From Pseudobdellovibrionaceae bacterium (GTDB lineage Bacteria; Bdellovibrionota; Bdellovibrionia; Bdellovibrionales; UBA1609): a DNA stretch of 64,000 bases. The stretch lies in NCBI GenBank assembly GCA_043757545.1, contig JAYVPG010000050.1:3785-67784 (forward strand), in the 5' to 3' direction. Made by a program: the position numbers and the translations under genes. A model generated the notes under the pieces. The model was not told where the DNA came from, made no database searches, and saw only the letters and a list, made by a program, of their open reading frames with translations. Below, in pieces: positions 30,946 to 39,945 of the stretch (position 1 is the first letter of the stretch; each line of letters begins with the position of its first letter).

Positions 30946-31000
30946 AGAAAGGGCAAGCTACCACTTTGTTACTCCAAAGGGAATACGCATTTTTTAAAGT

Positions 31001-31016
31001 TAGTTTGGGTAAACTA
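31001..31016. promoter_or_regulatory. inverted repeat TAGTTT-N4-AAACTA in the lysR-divergent intergenic region (candidate LysR box)
   Basis: Read directly from the sequence. A second imperfect palindrome, CTTTG-N6-CAAAG, lies at 30964..30979. The functional assignment is inferred from position only. Confidence 0.25.
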
Positions 31017-31104
31017 GCGGTAAAGAACCTCTAATCAAGACAACGGAGGGAATTCTAGGCAGTTTGAAAGAAGGCTTACTCACCCAAACCTTAGGAGAAT
31101 ATAA

Positions 31105-31629
31105 ATGAAAGCGTCTCTAATTCTGATTGCCGCTATCGGCATCGCTACCTCTGTTTCAACATATGCGGACATGTCCAATCTAAAGCTCGCGCGTGGAACC
31201 GTATTGATCGCAGCTCCAACAGCCGTAGGGGGTCCGACCAATCAAGGCGTTTGGTTTGTTAACCCTAAAACAATGGGTCTTTCCCTTGTTCTTCCAGCGT
31301 TGGCTTCGGATCAAGTTTATGAGGGTTGGATTGTAGATGATTGTACGGGCATGAAAATCTCTACTGGAATTTTCCGAGCGATGGGACGCATTGATTCCGA
31401 CGGTGCGGGCAAATATGCGGGAGCACTTTCCTTGAATTTTCCGCGCGCCCCGGGTTCCGACTTTGTGACCTTAGGCCAAAACTTGGCCGATGGTGCTCAT
31501 GCGGTAGTGATCACAGTGGAGCCGTATCCGGATGCAGATCCCAATCCTGCGATGGCGGTTTTGCGAGTGGTCATTCCCGTGGGAACTGCTGTCGGTACTG
31601 AGCTCAAGCTTGAAAACATCGTTAAATAA
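31105..31629 (+). CDS. secreted hypothetical protein
   Basis: Signal peptide MKASLILIAAIGIATSVSTYA, with a GGAG Shine-Dalgarno upstream. Confidence 0.5.
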   Translation: MKASLILIAAIGIATSVSTYADMSNLKLARGTVLIAAPTAVGGPTNQGVWFVNPKTMGLSLVLPALASDQVYEGWIVDDCTGMKISTGIFRAMGRIDSDGAGKYAGALSLNFPRAPGSDFVTLGQNLADGAHAVVITVEPYPDADPNPAMAVLRVVIPVGTAVGTELKLENIVK

Positions 31630-31644
31630 CGAGTGAGGTCTAAT

Positions 31645-32130
31645 ATGAAAAACATTAAATTAATATTTTCAATTTTAGCTATTACTCTGCCCCTCATCGG
31701 AGGGGCTGCGCAGGCTGTGGAGGTAAATAGAAATATCTCCGAATATAACTTGGAAGATGGAGTTGGCCTGAAAGGTTACGATCCCGTCTCTGTTTTTCCG
31801 GTGGGAGGCGGCCAAGCGTTGGTCGGCCGAGCTGAGATTCAGATGGAGTATATGGGTGTCACCTATATGTTTGCGTCTCAGGAAAATTTTTCTGCATTCG
31901 CAAAGAATCCTGAAAAATTTGAGCCGAGCTATGGTGGATTTTGTGCTTATGCAATGGCTTCGGGTAGTAAGGTTGATATTCAGCCGGGCCTTTTTACGAT
32001 CCACGGGAACCGCGCGCATTACTTTGTCAGTGCTCGCGCGAAGAAGAATTTTGACGCGGACGTCGCAGGATTCGAAACCCGTGCAGACGGATTCTGGAAG
32101 AAGATTTCGGGAGAAGACCCGAGACTCTAA
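31645..32130 (+). CDS. secreted YHS-domain protein
   Basis: GYDPVSVF...YMGVTYMFASQENFSAFAKNPEKFEPSYGGFCAYAM matches the YHS-domain pattern. GAGG lies 5 nt before the ATG at 31645 (the ORF opens at the GTG at 31633). Confidence 0.7.
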   Translation: MKNIKLIFSILAITLPLIGGAAQAVEVNRNISEYNLEDGVGLKGYDPVSVFPVGGGQALVGRAEIQMEYMGVTYMFASQENFSAFAKNPEKFEPSYGGFCAYAMASGSKVDIQPGLFTIHGNRAHYFVSARAKKNFDADVAGFETRADGFWKKISGEDPRL

Positions 32131-32802
32131 GTGAACTTCCAAAAGACTTTATCATCACTATTGTTATTCGCATTTATGTCGTCTTGCGGCCCCTCACACC
32201 AGAGTGTGGGGGCCGGCTCCGAAGCCGCATTGAATTTAGGCAAAGGGGCTATCGGCTTTAGCGAAGTGGGCGCGCTGATTTTTTCACCGCGTTGCGTATC
32301 GTGTCACCAACCTTACAATTCTTATTTAGGAGTGAGGAGAGAACTAGATTCGATTGCAACCTCAGTGGCTGCGAATCGAATGCCAAAGGTCGGTGGTATT
32401 TTGCCAGACGGACTGAAGTTGTTGCTGCGCAACTGGATTGCGAATGGTGCGCCAGAGTTCGCCAATCAAATGGGTACAGAGCCTGAACCTGCGATATTGG
32501 AGCCTAACTGGAATTCAATCTCAGAGGAAATTTTGCAGTCAAGATGCTTGGTTTGTCACAACCCGAATGGTCAGGCGAAATTTCTTGATTTGTCGACCAG
32601 GCAAAGTATTTTTGCGGCTAGAAATCGCATGTACGGGGGCGCCAAGCGCCTCATAGACTTCGATTCTCCGACAAAAAGCTATCTGCTTGAAATTGTCCAA
32701 GATCCGATTGAGCCAATGCCGCCGATCCGATCCAACATACGGCGCCTCAATAGTAACGAGATTCGAGTAGTCACAGAATGGATCTCGTTCGGGCTGCCTT
32801 AG
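32131..32802 (+). CDS. dihaem c-type cytochrome-like protein
   Basis: Two CxxCH motifs (CVSCH, CLVCH) and a lipoprotein-like N-terminus (FMSSCG). GTG start adjacent to the upstream stop. Confidence 0.65.
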   Translation: MNFQKTLSSLLLFAFMSSCGPSHQSVGAGSEAALNLGKGAIGFSEVGALIFSPRCVSCHQPYNSYLGVRRELDSIATSVAANRMPKVGGILPDGLKLLLRNWIANGAPEFANQMGTEPEPAILEPNWNSISEEILQSRCLVCHNPNGQAKFLDLSTRQSIFAARNRMYGGAKRLIDFDSPTKSYLLEIVQDPIEPMPPIRSNIRRLNSNEIRVVTEWISFGLP

Positions 32803-32948
32803 GCGTACAGCCTTAGGCGTGTGGGTTTTATTGTAGAGGTCTTGACAGCTGATCGAATTATGTCCACTGAGTGTGAATGTCTCACTCAGAGACATGGCAA
32901 GCTACCTAAATAACTAATGAAACTCCTGTCGCAAAAGGATCCAACGGC

Positions 32949-34010
32949 ATGGGTGTTGCTCTGTTATTAGGCATGAAGATCTTAGGCCTCATACTTCAAT
33001 TCACGATCTGCCTGCTGACTGTGGCTCAGCCTCAGCAAGCTGTGGCTCAGGCGAGTCCCCCCAGCATCGTCGGTGCGACGGGCGGATATGTTGGCGATAT
33101 CGGTACGACTGCAGCGGCCACCAACCGTCAGGTCTCTGAAGATTTGAGTAAACAAGCCATCGATAATTATTCGAAAGGGATTTCGTCTTTGAATGTTCCG
33201 TTGTTGGTGAAGGCGGGAATGCAAGCCTATGACAGTTTGCAGGCGGACAATCAGGCGAAGGAGTATGGCAAGGCGGCGTTGAAGGCTTTGCAAGACACGG
33301 GCAACAAAGCAGGCCATGTGGATCTCGCGCGCTTTGGTACAGATGCGAAAACCCTGAATGACTACGCTTACAACTCGAGCAAGTACATCGCGGCAATGAA
33401 AAATGAAGTGAAGAAATATGGCGTCACCGTGAGCGATGACGGGAGTTCGCTATCGACTCCGATCGGAACTTTTCCCACCAATCTTAGCGACGTGACCGGA
33501 TTAGTGAATGATCAGTTAAAAAAATACGGAATCTCTGCGAATGGAGTCAGCGAGGCTATGCAATCCGCAGTGGCTGAGCGCGACGCCATCGCCAAAGCTG
33601 CCTCTGCGAAAGCTCAAGCCATGATTGCCGCTAGAATGGCCGCAGGTGGCGAAGGCGGAGCTGTCGCCGAAGGTGGTGCTGCCGGTGGAGCAGAAGGTGG
33701 TGCTGCCGGTGGAGCAGAAGGTGACGCCGTGATCGGCCGTACTCCGAGCGGTGATGATAGCGGAGTTTCTGCGTTAGGTGCGACGGCCTTACTCAATGGT
33801 GGAATGAACGACGATCCCGACGCAGCGGCTGAACGTTTAAAGAAAAGTCAGAACGAAATGCGCCGTAAAATGGGATTGGCGACTCTTAAAGAACGCACGC
33901 CGATGGGAACTGCCGGAGAAGATCTTTTTCAGATGGTGCATTTGAAATATCAAACGCTACGTGAGAGCTCGGCGTTTATCGAAACTTTTCATATCGTCGA
34001 CGCCGATTAA
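32949..34010 (+). CDS. secreted Ala/Gly-rich repeat protein, hypothetical
   Basis: Signal peptide ending in AVAQA, and an internal (EGGAAGGA)n repeat. Confidence 0.5.
   Translation: MGVALLLGMKILGLILQFTICLLTVAQPQQAVAQASPPSIVGATGGYVGDIGTTAAATNRQVSEDLSKQAIDNYSKGISSLNVPLLVKAGMQAYDSLQADNQAKEYGKAALKALQDTGNKAGHVDLARFGTDAKTLNDYAYNSSKYIAAMKNEVKKYGVTVSDDGSSLSTPIGTFPTNLSDVTGLVNDQLKKYGISANGVSEAMQSAVAERDAIAKAASAKAQAMIAARMAAGGEGGAVAEGGAAGGAEGGAAGGAEGDAVIGRTPSGDDSGVSALGATALLNGGMNDDPDAAAERLKKSQNEMRRKMGLATLKERTPMGTAGEDLFQMVHLKYQTLRESSAFIETFHIVDAD
33669..33724 (+). repeat. 24-bp perfect tandem repeat (2 full copies plus a partial third) inside the CDS
   Basis: GAAGGTGGTGCTGCCGGTGGAGCA occurs at 33669..33692 and 33693..33716, followed by GAAGGTGA... 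Confidence 0.85.
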
Positions 34011-35071
34011 TTCCGTTTCAACAGCAGACGTTCGCAAAGCTCAGGCTCATTCACGCCGCCGAGTTTATACCAGTCGGCAACTTTTAAAATAAACTGCGCG
34101 CGTGTTGCGTCTGACTCTTCATGCATGGAATGGCTTGAGTTTTCGATCCTCTCGATGTGGCAGTTTTTCTGACACTGTTGCTGCAGGCTCGCGTCTCCCG
34201 AGTATTCCACCACGGTGTCTTTGCCCCCTGTGAATAGTAAAATCGGAAGGCTCAGGCGATCGGCATGGCGTAGGGCTTCGCTGATCCCGCGATTGGCTTC
34301 GGCAACCCAATGCAGAGTTTTGCCGGGAACGAATCCGTCATAGCGCGATTTGAGTTCAACGCGAAATTCAAGGCGATCGCCGAGCGATGTTCCTTTTACC
34401 ATTGGCGCCAACGGCTTTGGCGGCCCGCGATTGAAAGCGATTTTCCGCAAGAATGGAAACCGATCGAGCACGCCAACTAAGACGGTTAATATTCGGTCGA
34501 CCAAAGGTGGGCCAAAGCGAATGTCGAGCATGGGTGTCACCAACACCAGATCACGCGCCAAATTCGGCGCTGCTTCGAGCGCATTGAGCGCGACCGCTCC
34601 GCCCATGGAATGGGCCATCACGTGGGGGAGTCGTCCGGATTCCTTGCGAACGGTTTTTAAAAACTCAACTAAACTCGTGGAGTAGTCAGAAAACTGATCG
34701 ATATGCCCAACGCCTGGCATCTCCGGAAGAAGGCGATCCGATAGACCTTGCCCCGGAGGATCCCAGACATAGATATCTCCAGCGTAGCCAAGCTCCATCA
34801 GATCGTATGCGGTTTCGGCCCACAGGTAGGCGATTTCTCCGCGACCGGGGATAATCACCAAGGGCACATTGCCTTTTTCGGTTGCTGGCCACTTGATGTA
34901 GCCGATTTTTAAACTGGGATCGGCAGAGAATCGCATCTGCCCATTTTGAGCGCCGCGAATAAAATTCGTCACTGGCCCATGAAGCTTTCGCGCGGCATCT
35001 GCGCCAAACCCTGGCGTCAGATGCAGTAAAACCGAGAGTAGTAGGAATAGAGAAACCGGCTGATTAAGCAT
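34007..35071 (-). CDS. secreted alpha/beta hydrolase (lysophospholipase-like)
   Basis: Nucleophile elbow AHSMGG, with acid and His candidates near the C-terminus (GGKD...SSHSMHEE). The ATG at 35071 starts a signal peptide; the ORF opens at 35143. Confidence 0.75.
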   Translation of the reverse strand: MLNQPVSLFLLLSVLLHLTPGFGADAARKLHGPVTNFIRGAQNGQMRFSADPSLKIGYIKWPATEKGNVPLVIIPGRGEIAYLWAETAYDLMELGYAGDIYVWDPPGQGLSDRLLPEMPGVGHIDQFSDYSTSLVEFLKTVRKESGRLPHVMAHSMGGAVALNALEAAPNLARDLVLVTPMLDIRFGPPLVDRILTVLVGVLDRFPFLRKIAFNRGPPKPLAPMVKGTSLGDRLEFRVELKSRYDGFVPGKTLHWVAEANRGISEALRHADRLSLPILLFTGGKDTVVEYSGDASLQQQCQKNCHIERIENSSHSMHEESDATRAQFILKVADWYKLGGVNEPELCERLLLKRN

Positions 35072-35191
35072 GATGGATTGAGGAGCAAAGGGAAGGCCAT
35101 AAAAAGAAGCGGCGCACACTGATTTTGGGTGAGTTTTGTCCACGGTGGGCGTATTTGGTCATGAGATTTTTCTTTTCTGCCAATAAAATCT

Positions 35192-35503
35192 TCAGCTAGC
35201 CTTAGTAAAGCTAAACCCAAATTCAAAATGAGCGCCGCATGCAGCAGCTATACGTGCCAAAAGTGGGATTGATGGCACTCGTTTGTCAGAACCACCTTCA
35301 AGCCGCGCGATAACACTTTGAGTTGTCCCAATGAGCTTCGCGAGCTCAGCTTGCGTCAGATCAGCCTTCATTCGTGCCGCTCGCACTGCATGAGCAATTT
35401 CTGTCTTAGATTTCTCTTCTTCAAACTGAATACGGACTTCTTTATTTTGCAATATTTTTTTGAAAAATGGCTTTGCTGATCTGTATGATTTTTTATTTTT
35501 CAT
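35192..35503 (-). CDS. XRE-family HTH antitoxin (HigA-like)
   Basis: HTH segment LTQAELAKLIGTTQSVIARLE. Overlaps the upstream toxin gene by 4 bp. Confidence 0.75.
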   Translation of the reverse strand: MKNKKSYRSAKPFFKKILQNKEVRIQFEEEKSKTEIAHAVRAARMKADLTQAELAKLIGTTQSVIARLEGGSDKRVPSIPLLARIAAACGAHFEFGFSFTKAS

Positions 35504-35835
35504 AGTCCTAAGACCTCTTTCATTCTTTTTTCAGCGATTTCAAGATCGCCAGTTGGTGTTTTTTGAGTTTTCTTTTTAAACGAATGAAGCCAAATCATGG
35601 TGTCTGTTTCAACAAGAACATAAGCGATACGGTAGCCTCCGCTTGGGGTATTAAACTTTACCTCCCAAAGCTTGCCACGAAGCTGTCGGAACTGAACACG
35701 CGGACAACCCAAACCATATTTTTCGATACCCTCAAAAACATCAGCAAATCGAGCCTGATCTGCCTTAGGCAGATCACTGATGAAATCTTCGACAGGGCTT
35801 CGCCCTGATGCTGTTTCGTAGAGAGCTACTTTCAC
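35500..35835 (-). CDS. RelE/ParE-superfamily toxin (Gp49/DUF891, HigB-like)
   Basis: MKVALYETASGRSPVEDF...LRGKLWEVKF...YRIAYV pattern of the Gp49-like toxins. The toxin-first gene order is typical of higBA. Confidence 0.75.
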   Translation of the reverse strand: MKVALYETASGRSPVEDFISDLPKADQARFADVFEGIEKYGLGCPRVQFRQLRGKLWEVKFNTPSGGYRIAYVLVETDTMIWLHSFKKKTQKTPTGDLEIAEKRMKEVLGL

Positions 35836-35841
35836 AAAAAA

Positions 35842-35870
35842 ATTATAGCCTTTTGGCTATAATAATGCAA
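35842..35870 (-). promoter_or_regulatory. sigma70-like promoter TTGCAT-N17-TATAAT with an embedded 9-bp-arm inverted repeat (operator candidate)
   Basis: The minus strand reads TTGCATtattatagccaaaaggcTATAATtttttt GTG. The inverted repeat ATTATAGCC-N4-GGCTATAAT spans 35842..35863. The -10 box ends 6 nt before the GTG start. Confidence 0.45.
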
Positions 35871-36098
35871 GGGGCTTATGTGTTTTTAATTCTTTGCCAC
35901 GCAAATGCCTCGCTTGAACCAATCACTTCAGCCACCCGATACCGGTTGCCAAACTCCTGCCACAGCGCCGTAAGCTCCACACACACGACGAGAGTCGGCC
36001 CATAGCGAGACAGGAAATGCATGATCTTTGGACACAATTCGAAACATTCCAGACTCGCCTCACGTATGTCGGCTAACTGCCTGTGATCTCACGCGAAA

Positions 36099-38237
36099 AT
36101 GATCAAGATAGAGGGGGAAATAGCCGAAACGAGAGTAGGGAGTTGGGGCTGCATGGTTTGGTCGATACGACTGAAATTCTTATTGGTGATGTGCGGATTG
36201 CTGGGCGTCTGCCTGGGCGTGTATTTGTTTATGGCGATCAGCGTTTTTAAGGCGGATAAGACTCAACTCGTTTTTGATTTGAATCGCAGTCAGGTATCCA
36301 ACCTCACCAGTGAGCTCGAAACTCAATTCGGTGGCGTCTCAGATAAATTAAAACTATTTGCCCTCTTGTCCGCTGAACTGCAGGGGCGCATGGCTGAGGA
36401 CCTGTTTTCTGAAGAGTCGGATATTGTGGCGGTTTCGATTTATAGTACCCAAGACAATCGTACGCTACGCTCCTTTACCCAGCAGAAATTCATTGAGACT
36501 TATGGGCTGAGCAAAGACTATTTTTCGACGTTGAACAAAGACAAAGCGATTCCGTTCGAGGCGATCTTGCGCCAAGGGCAAGATGTGTGGAATGCCTCGG
36601 ATGTGAACGGACCTCCGTTGATCGGCTACGGGCGGCTGGTGCTCGTGCAGGACAAGAATGGCCAGCCCGTTGAACAGTGGGCCGTGGTTGGCTTTGTCAA
36701 ACTGGATCGTTTGCTGAAGTCGGTTTCGCTGGTGCAGTTGAATCGAATCTATGTGGCCAATCGACGCGGTGAAGTTTTAGTTCACTCGGAGGCCGCGAAA
36801 CTATTGACCCATCCCAAAGTCACCGACGATCCGATTTTCCAAGAGGCGGTCGAGGCCAAAGCAAAAATCTCTCTCGTCGATCGTGAATTGCCCGAAGGCC
36901 ACGTGCTCGCCGCATTTACCAAGGGCTTCAACGACCAAATCTTCGTTGTCGCCAAAGCTGGCGAGGGCGAAGTGTTTCAGGTGGTGCGTGACTTTACGAT
37001 TCGCACCTTGCTCTTTGGCTTGATCGTTTTGACCCTCGTGGTCTTGGCTGCGTTTTTGATTTCGAGTTCGTTGACGGAAAACATTGGTTTGTTGGTGGAT
37101 CGCATGGCCCTTGTCTCGCAAGGCGATTTAAGCTCGCCCATTCGTTTGAAGAGTCGTGATGAAACCGTGACCCTGGCCGAAACCTTCAATCAAATGATTC
37201 TGGATCTAAAAGAGTCGCGCGACGCTTTGGAATTAATGAATCGTGAGTTGGATCAAAAAGTAAAAGACCGCACGCTGCAATTGGAAGAGCAGAACAAGAA
37301 GATCAAAGAGGTGCAAGAGACCTTGATTCGCACCACTCGGCTGGCCTCGGTGGGGGAAATCGCGGGACGGACGGCGCATGAGGTGCTGAATCCTTTGACC
37401 ATTCTTCTGACCCGTCTTGGACTCATGCAAAAGCGAATAGGCAGTGTGCAAACTGAGTCCCTAAGTTTGATGGATGAAATGCGTAACGCTTGGAAGAGCG
37501 AGTTCAAATCCGGAGGGTTCGACGCCTTGCTGAAGAGTTGGAAAGCGCCGTCGCAACTCTTGCCGAAAAATAATTTATTCGAAGAGGATCTCGAAAATTT
37601 AGAAAAGGTCTCAGGCGAGTTGCGTGAACAGAGTACCAGTTTGAGCAAAGATATTCTTTTCGTGAAAGAAGAAGGCGAGCGGATTGGCAAAATCATCAAT
37701 GCCATGCGCCGACTTGGGCATTTTAAATCCGAGGCACGTGCCCATTCGCTACATGAAGTGCTTGGCGACTGTTGCCAAATTATGAGCGATCTGTTTGCCC
37801 AAAAGGGAATTGCGATCGTGCAAGAATTTTCGGCGAGCGAAGACGTGAGTGCGGTGGACCGTGATGAAATGGTTCAGTCCCTCACCAATCTGATGCGCAA
37901 TTCGCTTCAGGCGTTGGAAGATGCACAGGCGGCGGGTGCGACGGCGCCCTTGAAGATGACACTGCGGACACGCAATGAGGGATCATTTCTTGTCATTGAG
38001 GTCGAGGACAACGGCATCGGAATTCCGATTGGCAGTCAGGAACGGCTTTTTGAGTCGCGCTTTACGACCAAATCTCAAGATCAAGGCACTGGCCTGGGGT
38101 TGGGTATCGCGCGACGCTTTGTGCGTGGCTATGGCGGGGACATTGAATTTGTAAGTTCAGCGGCGAATGCGAAGACGGTCTTTCGCGTACGGCTGCCGCT
38201 CATTGCAAACGGTAAACGACAAGGAGCTGTCGCATGA
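36099..38237 (+). CDS. membrane sensor histidine kinase (periplasmic sensor domain, HAMP, HisKA, HATPase)
   Basis: Two TM segments flank a sensor region of about 270 aa. H-box GRTAHEVLNPLT, N-box LMRNSLQA, G-boxes DNGIGIP and GTGLGLGIARR. Confidence 0.85.
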   Translation: MIKIEGEIAETRVGSWGCMVWSIRLKFLLVMCGLLGVCLGVYLFMAISVFKADKTQLVFDLNRSQVSNLTSELETQFGGVSDKLKLFALLSAELQGRMAEDLFSEESDIVAVSIYSTQDNRTLRSFTQQKFIETYGLSKDYFSTLNKDKAIPFEAILRQGQDVWNASDVNGPPLIGYGRLVLVQDKNGQPVEQWAVVGFVKLDRLLKSVSLVQLNRIYVANRRGEVLVHSEAAKLLTHPKVTDDPIFQEAVEAKAKISLVDRELPEGHVLAAFTKGFNDQIFVVAKAGEGEVFQVVRDFTIRTLLFGLIVLTLVVLAAFLISSSLTENIGLLVDRMALVSQGDLSSPIRLKSRDETVTLAETFNQMILDLKESRDALELMNRELDQKVKDRTLQLEEQNKKIKEVQETLIRTTRLASVGEIAGRTAHEVLNPLTILLTRLGLMQKRIGSVQTESLSLMDEMRNAWKSEFKSGGFDALLKSWKAPSQLLPKNNLFEEDLENLEKVSGELREQSTSLSKDILFVKEEGERIGKIINAMRRLGHFKSEARAHSLHEVLGDCCQIMSDLFAQKGIAIVQEFSASEDVSAVDRDEMVQSLTNLMRNSLQALEDAQAAGATAPLKMTLRTRNEGSFLVIEVEDNGIGIPIGSQERLFESRFTTKSQDQGTGLGLGIARRFVRGYGGDIEFVSSAANAKTVFRVRLPLIANGKRQGAVA

Positions 38238-39505
38238 GTGCCGCAGCGAAAATTTTACGTGAGAAAAAGGGTCTTTTGCCCAAGAATGGCCCGGTTCCCA
38301 ATCGGCGCATTCTGGTAATTGATGATGAGCCTGAGATTGGTGAAGCCATTCGCCGCATGCTTTGTCCGCAAGTGGCGAGTCCTGCTCGCAGGTCCAGTCG
38401 GAGTAGCGAAGTCGTGGAGCGCGCAAAAACAACTCTTGAGTTCGACGTCGTTGTTGTCTCAAATCCTGATGCGGCCATCGAGGCCGTCGCCAATGCGCTT
38501 CGCGAGGAGCGCCCGTTTGCCATGGGATTCTTTGATGTGATGCTTGGAGCGGATATCGACGGTATTGAATTGGTAAAGCAGATCCTCTCTGTCGATACCA
38601 AAATGTTTGCGGTATTCGTTACGGCTTATCAGGATCGTACGGTGGACACGATTGGTTCATTTTTGGGCGAGGAGAATCGCGAGAAATGGGACTACATTAA
38701 CAAGCCGTTCACCGAGGGCGAAATTCTGCAGAAGGCGCGCAATGCGACCAGTCTGTGGGATTTGCATCGTCTGAAGGATTGGCAAGAAGAGCGTTTAAGT
38801 GAAGCGCATCAGCTTTTGATGGTCAATGAGCGACAAAACGCAGTGGCCGCGGTCGGACGTAGCGTGGCTCATGAATTTGGCAATCTTCTGACTCATATTA
38901 TGGGCAATGCCGAACTGGCGATTGAGCAAAACAAACCGGAGTTAATGAAGCCCGCTCTTGAACGCATTTTGCATGCGACAGATACCGCGTGCAATATTCT
39001 TCAGCGCTTTCGCAAAATTCATGGATCGGATGAAGCTGCGCCTGCGCCAGAGCCATTCGATGTGCGTCGTTCGCTCGATGAAGCGGTCGAGCTCATGGAA
39101 TTCCAATTTCGCAAACACTATATTCAAGTGAAGCGTCCGAAAATGGAGACCCTGACCATTCAAGGCAATCGTCACGCCTTTGTGCAAGTGTTCGTTAATT
39201 TATTTATTAACTCCATGCACGCAATGCCCGACGGCGGTGAAATTCAAATTCAGATGGAGAGTAAAGGCGCGTGGCACGAGATACGAGTGCGCGACACTGG
39301 CCAAGGAATTCCCGAAGAAAATTTGGAGCGCGTGACGGAAACGCTTTTTACAACCAAGGGAAATGAAGGTTCCGGGCTTGGCCTTTCGATCTGCAAAGAG
39401 ATTATTGAAATTGAACACGGTGGCGAATTTAAGGTGCAAAATCATCCTAAGGGTGGGGCAGAGATCATTCTTCGCTTACCCAGCGGACAGGCGGAGGAAC
39501 CATGA
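38234..39505 (+). CDS. receiver-domain / histidine-kinase hybrid protein
   Basis: N-terminal REC-like segment (RILVIDDEPEIG...FFDVMLGADIDG...KPF), then H-box VAHEFGNLLTHIMG and GSGLGLSICKEII. ATGA overlap with the upstream gene. Confidence 0.8.
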   Translation: MSAAAKILREKKGLLPKNGPVPNRRILVIDDEPEIGEAIRRMLCPQVASPARRSSRSSEVVERAKTTLEFDVVVVSNPDAAIEAVANALREERPFAMGFFDVMLGADIDGIELVKQILSVDTKMFAVFVTAYQDRTVDTIGSFLGEENREKWDYINKPFTEGEILQKARNATSLWDLHRLKDWQEERLSEAHQLLMVNERQNAVAAVGRSVAHEFGNLLTHIMGNAELAIEQNKPELMKPALERILHATDTACNILQRFRKIHGSDEAAPAPEPFDVRRSLDEAVELMEFQFRKHYIQVKRPKMETLTIQGNRHAFVQVFVNLFINSMHAMPDGGEIQIQMESKGAWHEIRVRDTGQGIPEENLERVTETLFTTKGNEGSGLGLSICKEIIEIEHGGEFKVQNHPKGGAEIILRLPSGQAEEP

Positions 39506-39945
39506 TGCAATATCCAAATAACATAGTACGCGCACGAATGATGATCGTGTTGGTGGTCGACGACGACAAGATCGTGCGTGGAATCATCATTGAGCAACTG
39601 CGTGCAGTTGGCTTCGAAAAATTTATCGAGGCCGGGAATGGGACTGAAGCTCATAAGTTTATCCTGGATCCTTTACAACGCATTGATTTGATCATTTGCG
39701 ATTGGGAGATGCCTAAGACCGATGGACTTACATTTCTTCGCGCGGTTCGCGCCCATCGACATCGCAATGAGACACCTTTTATCATGGTCACTAGTCAGCA
39801 GTCGCAGGAGCGACTTAAGATTTCAGCCGCAAAGAAGCATGAGGTTGACGCTTATATCGTAAAACCCTTCCGGGCCGACGTTTTGCGCGCCAAGGTCTTC
39901 GAGGTCCTCTTCGGATCGGCTGAGAAGAAAACGATCGGTGCATGA
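39502..39945 (+). CDS. single-domain CheY-like response regulator
   Basis: VVDDD, DLIICDWEMPKTDG, YIVKPF. ATGA overlaps on both sides. Confidence 0.85.
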   Translation: MMQYPNNIVRARMMIVLVVDDDKIVRGIIIEQLRAVGFEKFIEAGNGTEAHKFILDPLQRIDLIICDWEMPKTDGLTFLRAVRAHRHRNETPFIMVTSQQSQERLKISAAKKHEVDAYIVKPFRADVLRAKVFEVLFGSAEKKTIGA

